NCBI GenBank assembly: GCA_028023455.1
Contig: JAQFVV010000009.1
Coordinates: 744,001 to 808,000, forward strand
DNA: 64,000 nucleotides
Source of the DNA: Epiperipatus broadwayi
Lineage: Eukaryota > Animalia > Onychophora
Direction: 5' to 3'
Positions 38,995 through 50,787 of this stretch are shown here, one piece after another. Every line of letters begins with the position of its first letter. The stretch's first letter is position 1. The notes beneath the pieces are model-generated. The model was not told the origin of the DNA. It ran no database searches and worked only from the letters and a program-made list of their open reading frames with translations. The translations under genes were made by a program, and so were the position numbers.

Positions 38995-41648
38995 TGTAAT
39001 GGGCTGAGGGATTACTCAGGAGAGAAGGGGAGCATATCTTATTATGATTAATCTTTGGGTAGGATGCAAATGCTTATGCGATAAAATACATGACCAATGA
39101 TTGTGTCTGCTTCCACTAGAATAGCTCTGTGTATTTTTATTAACTTGGACACAATTTGGGATAGTTCATCTTGTTCTCGTCCCTTCCTGGCTCCATTATA
39201 TCACAGTATTCAAACTTAGGGAGTAATTTCTTCAGACTCTCTTAACAGAGAACAAAATTAAACTGATCAGTAACTGTTGCATCTCTATATAGATGATGAT
39301 TGGTTATCCAAACTCTTTAAATATTCTCTAGTATTACCACATATAGAATAAGATGTGTGTGTGCATATACATATTCAAAGTTATTATATTAATTGGTGTG
39401 AAATACTTATTTATACTAATGATGATGCACTACATACTAATGATGAGCTAGAGACCAGATTAAAATAATACATTTTGTAACATTTATTGAATCACAACAA
39501 AAAAAAAACACAAAGTAGTTTAACAGTAGTGAGTTATATAATCAGCTATGTCAAGGGTGAGCTTCTACCATATTATTATTTAAAATAATGAAAATCATTA
39601 TCCCTAAACCATGGTAGAAATTCATTACTTGTTACCAATTATTTACAAATGCATACATATAAAAAAATTTTTTATAAGACCATGAATCTGAATGGCTAAA
39701 TCAATACTATTTACAGTAGCATTTAAATGATTATCCTTGCCCAGTTCATATTGATGGTCATTGACCTTCTTGGGGAACTTTCCCTATCTATGAATATCTC
39801 AAATATTAATAAAGAAAGAATGTCCATGCAAGAATGTTAGTCAATTATATTGAAATGCAAGAATGTTAGTCAATTATATTGAAAAACAAAAAGAAACACA
39901 TAACAAAATATTAGTTCATTCATGATAAACAACAAACAAAAAATTCTGTCCAGCATTTAGTATATATACTTAATGTGGGATATTATCAAAATCTTACCAC
40001 TTTTCATTCCCCATTAGTATTTCAGAGTCATATTAGTGATGTGAGGGCAAGCTGACCTAAATTTTATTTAATAACAAAAAGAAGCTTAATTAAATGTTAA
40101 CAGCTTCCCACCCTTCTTATTCTTTAAATGACCTTTTCTGAGTTTTAGACACTTCTGTTTCCAAATGTAGGAACAAAAATAAATAATAAAAATAATAATA
40201 GAAAATTGTGTGTGATTAGGTGGGTCAGCAATATAAGATGGCATGGAGAGTTGAGGTCATGTGAAAGTCTGAGTTTGAATCCCTTATATATTACAGTATA
40301 TATGTGCAGGTGTGTGTAAGCCTGTACAGTGTAGTAAATTAAGTAATAGAAAACAAAACTCAAAATTTCCAATCAATTATATTGGTTAAAGTCTGATGAG
40401 TTTGCTGGGAATATCCATATTATGAGTCCATCCTTTTTAAGGCTGATCTCCTTGGATAACAATAACACACTGCTGTTTTGGAAAGTGGTGTAATCATGCT
40501 TGGAACACTCTTCTCTAGTCGATTTTTCTTGGTTCAAACACTGGCATTTCTCAAAAGACAGTAGATGTTTCTTTAGGCTTTCTGGCAATGGACAAGTGAA
40601 GTCACTATACTTTCATGGCTCCAGTGCTTTCTGGCAATGGACAAGTGAAGTCATTGTACTTTCATGACTCCAGAAATGATGTTCGCCCCTATGGCATCAT
40701 TACTTTAGCCAGAAAACATTGTACAGTGATCTATATATACAGACTTCATGTAATTCCAGTTCACCATTTAATGGTGATATATGCATAAGAATTATTTTGC
40801 TTTTCCTCATTTATTAATGGCTATTTACTTTCTGTCTCCTCATCCATGAATAGAGTTAATGTTTCTTAAAATAAAATTTAAAAAAATTATTTACTTCTTT
40901 AAACTGAATGATTTACTTATTAATTTTGAATTTAATTGCTGGTTTGGCTTTCTAATTACCTCAGCGCTATTTAAAATCTATTTCATTTTAAATATATACA
41001 TCCATTTTACAGCATTTTAAGTTTAAGTATAATGAGGTTGACTTTTATTTAGTGAAAGCATTATTTTGAAAGAGAAACAAAGAAGATTCAAACTATTTTT
41101 GTACATCATTCAGTGTGAAAGTGAGATTTAATTCATTTCTGACTGTTGGTGTGTAGAAGCTTGCATTTTCTCATACATTGATATGATTTCACTGATATGA
41201 TTTCCTATTGTTGTGTAGATTTTATTTATAGAAATTGGATTAAAATAATTATTTATTGAAGTTTTATTTTTATTTCCACAGTTGGTTGCCTAGTGATTGA
41301 TTTGAAATTAGGTCATTATTTTATGCACTAATTTGTGACATACAACATTGATTTTTTTTTTTTTGTTTTGATGTTAGTCTACATATATATTTGACTGAAC
41401 TTTTTAGAGTGTTTAGTTAGAGTACTTATAATTTTATAATTTTTTCATTATGTTAGAAAAATTAAGCTGTTGTGGGATTAAGTGTTTTAATCACTTTTAA
41501 ATCGAATGTTTAACATGTATATGTGAGTCTTAAAAAATATATACTAAATTACTTAGTAATCTAGGAGTTAAGGACATATTTTCCATGGCACAATTTGGTG
41601 ATGTGTGTTAATCTGAGATGGTGTGGCAAGGTTGTAAGCTACCCTTAC
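38995..41648 (-). repeat. 5' LTR (~2.65 kb)
   Basis: Starts TGTAATGGG at 38995, is colinear with the other LTR and ends CCCTTACT. Roughly 85-90% identical to the other LTR by eye. Confidence 0.88.
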
Positions 41649-42545
41649 TGTATATATAAATTGAATATTCTGATTTAATAATAAGATTAATATATAGGAT
41701 CAAACTCTAATTTAGACATGGCCAATAATTGTTAGTTTATTTTAACCTTAGGTGAACTAGCTATGGGTTAAAACCAATTATTGATGAGAGAGTGTGTCAA
41801 TTTTAGCATATGTGTGAAGACTAGTTGCTTCCACAATATTACAGATATATAAATACTATATTATTAACTACAACCTAATATATATATATATATTGTAACA
41901 GTAGCCAGGTTCAAACCCTGTTACAAGGAAGTTACATAAGATCTCCCAACTGCCCAGATTAGCATGAGTCCAATAAATTGGATTCAGTGTGCAAATATAT
42001 ATATATAAAGAATTAGATATATATGTCGAAGAGAGAGATAAAGTTGAAGGTTTTTTTTTTATTATTTACAGAAAAAAAAAAAGAGGGAGAAAGATGTATA
42101 TAGTTATTTGTTTTAAAATACGTTCATAAAAATGTTAATAAATTGTGGGAATGCAGTTATATGCAAATATATAAATTTTTTTGTATTATTATTTATTTCA
42201 AATGTATATTTTTCTTTTGTTTTATCATATATCGTATGTTAATGAGAGTAATGAAAGAACTTTGATATGTCTACCTTGAGGCAATTTTGTGTCTTTTTTT
42301 TCATTACTTAAGATCACTCAAAATTCCAGGGAATCATAAGTAAAGGTATGGCAGAAAAAGAAAAATGTTAAAAGCATGCCTAAGAAATAGAGATCTGAAT
42401 ACTGATAAACTATTTTGGGAAACAAGAGGAATTTGAAAAATTAATTAGTTAGAAAGAAAAATTGGAACAAGTAAGCAGGTTTTTTGAACTGATATATTAT
42501 ATTATTGTTTTTTTATTGCTAAGTTGCCTGATTCAGCTATGCTTG

Positions 42546-42897
42546 TATTATAAAATGAAACATTAAAAAATCCTTCAATCAACCATCGGGAGAAGAAAAT
42601 GGATTTAGCAATAGCAACTCATACCATTGCTACAACTGTAATGCAGGAGTAGAGCAATATGTGTAAGGCTACCATCCTAAGCTCTGAATATGTAGCTGTT
42701 GCTGTTAAGTGCCTGCCCCTCTATTATAAAATGAAACATTAAAAAATCCTTCAATCAACCATCGGGAGAAGAAAATGGATTTAGCAATAGCAACTCATAC
42801 CATTGCTACAATTGTAATGCAGGAGTAGAGCAATATGTGTAAGGCTACCATCCTAAGCTCTGAATATGTAGCTGTTGCTGTTAAGTGCCTGCCCCTC
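42546..42897. repeat. 176-bp tandem duplication, two near-identical copies
   Basis: 42546-42721 and 42722-42897; one substitution seen (AACTGT vs AATTGT). Confidence 0.95.
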
Positions 42898-43097
42898 TAA
42901 GAACCATAGGGACCTCACTGATATGCCGCTAAAACAATCCAGAAAGGAAAAAAACATCAAATTGTGTACACTAAGAATGCCTCCAGTAAGCCATCATTAT
43001 TTCCTTGATCCAACTAATACCACAAAATGGATGTTTATGCCATTAACAGAACAATTTTGTTTTATTCTTTGACAGTTAAAGAATACCTAGATTTCAG

Positions 43098-43166
43098 TTG
43101 GATCGTCAAAATCAAGCTTACGTGGAAATAAACTTGTTCATATAAAAAAGTCCCGGGTACTCCAAG
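43098..43166 (+). CDS. Candidate 69-nt phase 1-1 internal exon ((I)GSSKSSLRGNKLVHIKKSRVLQ(G))
   Basis: TTTCAG acceptor, AAG/GTAACT donor, open frame compatible with the phase-1 donor at 8744, and three CpGs. No homology recognised. Confidence 0.3.
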
Positions 43167-44796
43167 GTAACTATGACTAGTTTTATTGTCTTAAAAGAAC
43201 TGAAAACTGCCTATCGTTACTCTCTAAAGGTTCAGTCATTATGTGAAATTATATATTTTAATTTACAATGTATAAATGCATTCCTACACATGTTGTTCAA
43301 TTATATGTTCTTTTATATTTAACTAATTCATTTTTGTCTTTTATGCTATCATTTGATATATAAATTATATATATGTTTCTCTTTCTCAATATTTAATTAG
43401 CCATGGTAATAAAATTGTATACTTACATTAAAATATTATTTGTCTCCCATTAATGAACATATTTACCACTTATATTGGTCTAGTTTTCTTCCTGGCAGAA
43501 TATCAGAATGAATGAAGTATGCTTTTCAGATTAAGCAATTATATTACATGTAATTTTAAATTCTAAACCATAGATTTGATAAAAAAAATAGATCACGTAT
43601 AGAGGGAATAAAGTAGCTAATTTTAAATGACATGTGATCTAATTTAAGGGGTATAGAAAGAAAACTCTTACTAATACGTAAGTTTAAATATACATGACTT
43701 AAGTTGAGAAGTGTACAAAGCAGGGAAAGCTTGTTTCAACTATGTAAATTTAGCCATTTATCTCCATTCAGCCTGATGGGTATTGTTACCTCCTAGCCCT
43801 GGGATTTGAGCTAGCTAAAAGAGCCAGGCACTTAATTAGTGATAGTTTTAAGATTTCTTAAAAGGGAAAAGTATAATTCTTATGGTACTAGTGAGATTGG
43901 TGCTTGGGGTCAGTATAAATTTATTGATGCTCATAAATATACTTTTTTGTTGTTTGTCTTTTTAAATGAAATAATGACCATTAGGTAGATTTTTTATCCT
44001 GATATAGAATACGTAGATTTTATTTCTTAAGATATATTTAAGAAAGGGATTCGTATTTGACCCCAATACAGTAGATAGTATTCAAATTCTATCTGCAGGT
44101 GGTATGGTGACTATACAGCCATAGTTTTGCGTTTACTACCCTATGTGGTCAACAAATTCAATTTTTGATAGACAATTATATAAACAACAAAATTAATACT
44201 GAGGTTGCCTGTTAAAATATATATATATATATGTGTGTAGTTATTTATGGTCCATCAAGCAAGATATCCATATCATTGTCATTATCAACACTATGGGTTA
44301 AGCTCAGAGGGGTTACTAAATGCTATATGCTACAATAAAAAGAAGTCACAAGGAAAATAATAGCAATTAATAAACATTTTTGGATGAGAACTATCAACTC
44401 ATTCTCACACATAACATGAGGGCTCTTAATATTGGAAGTGTATATCATAAAATAATTAGGTTATATTAAATCTTCTTCTTTCTAACATCTCTTCCCACTA
44501 CAGCAATTTTAATAACCATCGTCAGCATCTTATTGCCATGATTAAATCTACATTTATTACTTTTGATAAATAATGTGTTTTCTTATTTTTTTGCCACATT
44601 ATTTTTCTTTTGCAAAACATTTTTTTTAATAATCATTTCTATAAATTAAAATTCCAGGATTCTGTAATTAAAATTTTATAATACTAAAAATTTACTCTTT
44701 TCTTTTCATTTAAGTATTATTAGGCAATAAATGGAATACTAATAATTAATATGGAGAGACATACTTTTATCCATAAGATAATGTCTACCTAAATTA

Positions 44797-46182
44797 CAGG
44801 TTGTCTTTTGATAGCCAGTCACGACCACTTGATGGCATTGTTTATGTGTTAAAACACATAAAAACACCATTTCATGGCCTACATTTATGGCTAAGAAAAC
44901 AGTTGTGTTTATCTTATCTATTGCAGGCTGCTTGATGGCATTGCACAAAATCATTGGGGCCTGTTTTGTTCTTTGCAATATTTTATGTGAATTCGCACAA
45001 TTCACTTATCACTACCATTTCGTCTGACAGGGTTTGGATTTCAAGTGACCACAAGTTTTGATATCTCCATAGCAGAGCAATTTCATTTGTATTTAAATCA
45101 CATAGTCTGACTCACTAAGAATTGTCACACTATCCCCACCCTTCCCTACACAATTTGGAATTTGCAAAACATTGGGAAAGCTCACGCAAAAACTCATGAT
45201 TTCATGATAAATTATACGAGACAAATAAAATGATGCACAAATTGTGCTATGTACCAATGTCTGTCAAGCTCCTGAAAACGAAGGTATTCAATCCATAATA
45301 ATAAAATATTAAAGACATAGTAGATAAAAATAAAAGAATCCAAAAATGTAATTAATAGTAAGGGCAAAATAAAAATCGTGTAATTCAAATCACCATATAG
45401 TCAAAAAAAAGTCACTGTATTTTAAACCTGAAAAAAGGAGGTATATGAAACATGTAAAAGTCTGGATTTTTGATGTTATTGGAATTTTATTGTGGTGCTG
45501 TGTTGAAAGGATCAACAAATGTAATTAATAGGACATATTTTTTTGTCAAAATTGCAAAATAGATATCATGTAATAGAAATAAAGGCAAAAAATAAAAAAG
45601 AAATCACCGTCTTTAAAAAAAAAAAACGAAAGTTAAAAAAGGTCAAAAGTTTTTATCTTATTTTAATGTTTGTGGGGGGAGGAGAGTAGGTTGAGAAATA
45701 CTTTGTCTTCACTGAGACAAAAGATAGAGATGGTTTGTTATTATTTGTAAAAAAAAGATAATAAAAATTGGTTTTAAAAATAAAAGTTGTCGTATACAAA
45801 TAAAGCCAAAAACAAAAATCGCCTTATAGGCAAAAATCAAGTGGCAGTATTTTTAAACAAAAACAAAAAAATAAAACTTGAATCAAGTTTTGATGTTATT
45901 TTAATTTTTGGGGAGGTAGGTGTAGGGTGTGGATTAAGAAATACTTTGTAAAAGTTAGAGGCAGAAGTTATTTTTTGTTTGTTTTTATTTTTTAAAAAAG
46001 GTAATAAAAATTGATGTAAAAAATAAAAATTAAAGCCAAAAAAAAAAAAAAAAACCCTAGACAGAGTAGACAAAATTAAAGGGATCAAAAAAAGTTGCCA
46101 TATTTTTAAAAAACACAGCCTGGTAAATAACACATAAATAATGCCATCAAGCAGCCATGACCAGCTAACAAAAGACAAACAA
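44797..46182. mobile_element. Non-autonomous DNA transposon with ~50-bp TIRs, possibly Tc1/mariner-like
   Basis: TTGTCTTTTGATAGCCAGTCACGACCACTTGATGGCATTGTTTATGTGTT (44801-44850) is the imperfect reverse complement of 46129-46178. The left end reads TA|CAGGTTG. No ORF. Confidence 0.65.
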
Positions 46183-46839
46183 ATTATAACAATAATAATA
46201 ATAATAATAATAATTTGGTAGTGTTCTGTTCTATCATGTCAGCCATTTGATGGTGCTATTTCTAGCTAAATTGCTAGAAATATGCCATTTCCATGGCCGC
46301 AGCCAAGCAGATAGCCTTCTTTGTATGATAAAACACAAAGAGTCTGTTTACTCGGCTGCCGGCTACCACTGTCGCTTTTTTCTAAACTAAAAGCACAGAA
46401 AAATGCCTTCATTGGCTGCCATAGTTGCTTGTGTTATACTTTATTGTAATGCTGGGTTATCTATTTTTGCTACGGTATTATGTGAGGGTGTGCTGACTGC
46501 ATCATGTCTAAATAATTTAACTTTTCAGGTCCAACTTTTTTTCATGTGAACTGACCTACTGGTACCTTCTAACAGTTTTAACAATGTCGTCACTGTTTTA
46601 TCAGGATTGTGTAACCCTCGCAAATTGGATTTTAGTGTGTGGCAGAGAACTATTTTGAAAATCATGATGAAAGTAACATATCATGAGAAATCATCTGAGA
46701 CAAGGAAGATGGCTGCTTCAAACTCTGAAAATTGGCAATTGTCAGATACCAGAGCCAGATTTCATTTTAATAGTTTGTTATAATTATTAACTTTAGTTGG
46801 TAAATTGCAATCTAATTTACCCCCCCCAAAACACAGTAT

Positions 46840-47190
46840 CTGATTAATTACTGTCCAAAAAGGGGTAAATTTTATTTATTTATTATTAAAAAAGTACCAT
46901 AACTTTTCCGATCCACTATATGTACTATTATTTGTTATTAAAAAAGTAATGTAATTTTATATATATATGATATATATCATATATATATATATACACACAC
47001 ACAAATGCCACTCTGAATAATTACTGTCCCAAAAAGGTTAAAATAACCTTTTATTATAAAATTTTGTTTGAATTACTGTCCAAAAAAGTTTCTAATGTAC
47101 TATTATTTGCTATTCGAAAGTAGTATAATTTTTTATTGATATACACACACAAAAAAGCCAGTCTCTGATTAATTACTGTCTTCTAAAGTC
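46840..47190. repeat. Degenerate short tandem array built on (CT)CTGA(T/A)TAATTACTGTCC
   Basis: The motif recurs at ~46840, ~47010, ~47070 and ~47163; longer units of ~150-170 bp include ACACACACAAA.GCCA. Confidence 0.7.
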
Positions 47191-50100
47191 CAAAAAGTCG
47201 GCTTTCATTTTTATATTTTCTTTGAATTTTTTAATTTTATGGAAATTGTAGTTTTATAGAATCACTGGCTTGGGATTGTTATATCAATGTGTTTTTGCTT
47301 AGTATCAATGCCATCGAGTGGCTGACACTATAGATCAGAACACTACCATAAATTTAAAAAAAATATTTGATTTAAAATAAGTACATAAAAAACTCTTAAT
47401 TTGGAATAAAAGAATATATTGAATAGCATTCACCTATAATGAATGGATAAAGAATTTTATGGCCACTCAGAATACCACCTAACATTCCTATTAAATCTTT
47501 CTTTAAGAATTTGATTAATAATATGCTGATGCATTGTGGTGAAACTTTTATGTATTAATTTGTAGGCTTTTTTATATATTCTAATTTGCAGACTATTCTA
47601 ATTTGGTATAAATAATTTCATTATTTATACTTATGATATCTAATGAAAAATAATCATCTGAATAAAATAAAATAATTTATTACAAAGACAGTCTTTTTTA
47701 AGAAATACAATTGGTTGAAGTTATTATTTGATAATTAAGAAAATGAATAATTTAATTCTTAGATGCTCTCTTTGGTTTTTTTTTTTTTTTTTAAAATTTT
47801 TTAAATTGTTGGTTTTTGTTGTTTTTTTTTTTTTAAAAATTATATTTTTTTAAAATTAAAAATTAACATCGACATGTAAATTTGAACAAAATGATTATTA
47901 TATTGAATTTCGTATGTTCATGTAATTTTAATGTTCAATATAAAGATAACTTCATAATAGGTTTTATAATATTAAGATTTCTGAACAATATGTGTAGATG
48001 ATGATAGAAAGACTATAAAACCAAAATTAACAATAAAAACATTTATTTTAACAATAAGTACGTAGAACAGATAACAACTTTGGAAATATACAATATCACA
48101 AAATGAATTATTTAAACATTCTACTGTATAATTCATTGCAGAGAAATGATTTTTTTAAAGTTTACAGATAAAATAAATTAAATTGACATATTAAAAATAA
48201 TAATGAAAATTATTATTCTTGTCTGATTAATGAAAATCTTTATCATTATTAATATTATAGCAAGAAGTTCTCCATTTTAACAATACAATCATACAATTCT
48301 GTTATTCCCAAATGAGTATATCTAAACCTGAAATAGGACTTTACCAATTCAGTGATTGAAAAAATACTGAAGGAAATGTGTATCAATTATTGAGGCCCAA
48401 AATTACAATTTTAATTTTTAAAATAACTTTATTAGTTTTACAGCCTATAATACTGCAAAGCACATCAAATAAACATACACATTAAGAACAATCAATAACC
48501 TACACTCAGAATATTAAAGAGTGCACAGAAGAGAAATATGACATTTCTCAGAATTAACTACAATATCAATTGCCAAAATATCATGGTGGTATCCACCTAT
48601 GACTTTATACAAAATAAATACTGATACAATACATATACAATTTAAAGATAAATAAAGCAATGAAAATAAGTGATGGCATGAACTCAAAAGGTAGCACCTA
48701 CTTTCAATGTAATAAATATGCTAGGACGTAGTCTCTAAACATAAGAATGATGACAATGAATCATCAAAATATAATAGGAGCAATAATAATTGCCATAAAC
48801 AAAGCATTTTATGCTTAAAATGAAACACAAAATATATAACTCACAGAATATATAATATGAAGAAAGACATGGCAACCATCTCTACAAATATACTAGCAAA
48901 ATAAATATCCATAAGAAAGAAAGAAAGCTACATCTCTTGGAAAAATACAAAAATAATGGCAAGTTAAAACAACAATAAAAGTAAGAGAGAGTTTAATGCC
49001 ACTATCTCTTAAATATTATAATTATTAACTGACGTGTAAAATCAATAATGTAAAAATTGTTCATCAAATCTGGCTTAATAAAAGCATGGCCTGAAATAAA
49101 CAATAAAAATATACAACATCTTCAATTTATCCAGCATTAACATATACATTCAAATAGATAAATAACTCATGATAAGAGACAACTAGCACTTTAAAATATA
49201 GCATTATAATTCAGCATACAAATAATTCATATAATCATAGACAAAATGCATAAAATAAAAATATATAAATTATAATAGCATAATACCAAAACATAAAATT
49301 ATGCCCAGTTTATTAAAATAATTATGAGTTTTTCATCCTGGATGATCTATCATTTAACAGAATACAGTTTCTGTAATTACCAATCTGCAAACACTAAAAT
49401 TTTCTTCTATTTGTTGAAACACAACAAATTTAAATTATTTGTACAGCATTCAGATATTGTCAATAATAGATTTGCTATATGATAGTGAGCACAAATAAAC
49501 TTTTCAAAAATACATATTAAAGACAAAATACACATCATTTATTTTTTGACATAATAGCTTTCTATTGTAGATCAGATTTTGAAACTAATAATAATGATAA
49601 TGATGAATTATAGTAGATTTATAATAAAGCAGGATAATTGCACAATAAACTTGAATTAAAAAAATTAGAAGCATTTATGTTTCATTCATATAGGATATGC
49701 CTTGTTCCAATTATTTAGTACAATCAATAATTTTAAAATAATAATGAGAGCTTTGAACAAATATCCCATTAATATTTTAGAATATTATTTTTTTTTAAAG
49801 TACTTTAGTCATATAATAATTTTTGGGAACAATAACTTAAGTCAATAATTTTAATTTCACTGACTTAGGAAATATCTTTTCTGGTACTAATCTAAAGTAG
49901 AATTAGGAAATATATATGACAATATTTTGTAAGTGAATAATTTCTGACCTGCTACTATGATAATGGTAAATAAATAAAAATGTCATTTCAAAAATAATAA
50001 CATTTGAAATAATTTACATTTTAAGAAATGAATGTTATCTTTTTTAAATTGATGTTAATAATAGCAAATGAATATTAGGATAATTTAAAAAGTCATTCAT

Positions 50101-50477
50101 TACTGATAGGTCTTTAAGATACATTGATGAGTAATTAGTAAATATCAATTTGATATCAATTAAATGTTTTCTATTTATATTATAAATAAATTTGGATAAG
50201 AAATGTATAAAATTCTATTATCACCAAACAGATTCTACTATTTGAAATTTAAAAGTCTATTCATTTTAAAAATAAAAAACTTGAAAGAAAACTATTAGAT
50301 ATGAAAAATTTTAAAACTAAAGTTTTTTTTTAAAATATACATATTTAAACACTTTAGAGTCCTTTGACAATCTTCTTATTCTCAGCATATAATATTTTGA
50401 GCAAAAGCATTTTTTACACAATTAAGAACTGCTTTAAAATAACAAAAATGCAGCTCTAATATTCTGGAATATAAAAC

Positions 50478-50491
50478 ATTAAACCAAATAA
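50478..50491 (+). repeat. Left copy of the 14-bp direct repeat (putative TSD) ATTAAACCAAATAA
   Basis: Identical to 55380-55393; abuts and overlaps the left arm terminus. Confidence 0.65.
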
Positions 50492-50632
50492 GATGTGATA
50501 TGTTGGACTATTTCCATCATTTATGAGTGAATGTTGAATGTGTAAAAAATTTTAAACTTTATCTAAACTTTTCAAATACAAACAACTTTGTTAGTAATAA
50601 CACACAAATAGACAATACAGGTTAGTAATTAC

Positions 50633-50677
50633 ACACAATGTTTCGAGTAGTATTATTCTCCACTCTTATTCAGGTGT
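50633..50677 (-). ncRNA. Degenerate minimal type I hammerhead ribozyme (left arm)
   Basis: The - strand reads ACAC CTGAATA A GAGTGG AGAATAATA CTACTC GAAA CATT GTGT. Core G8 is mutated and the stem III CpGs are decayed. Confidence 0.65.
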
Positions 50678-50697
50678 TGCTGGCCTATATGCACAGT

Positions 50698-50787
50698 GAC
50701 AATATTCGCTTAGAAGTTGAACTCACACCTTTAGATTCTTGAATATTGAATTTAAGACAAACACTCCACCAACTGAGCTATTCTGTC
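50698..50787 (-). other. tRNA-like A/B-box cassette (left arm)
   Basis: The - strand reads GACAGAA TAGCTCAGTTGGTGGAGTG...GTGAGTTCAACTTC..GCGAATATTGTC. Confidence 0.55.

Larger units (their letters stand above)
30451..41648 (-). mobile_element. Full-length, decayed Ty3/Gypsy LTR retrotransposon (~11.2 kb)
   Basis: Two long direct repeats flank gag-PR-RT-RNaseH-INT remnants in Gypsy order on the - strand. There are TGTAA/TTACA termini, a PBS and a PPT. TSD not recognisable. Confidence 0.92.
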
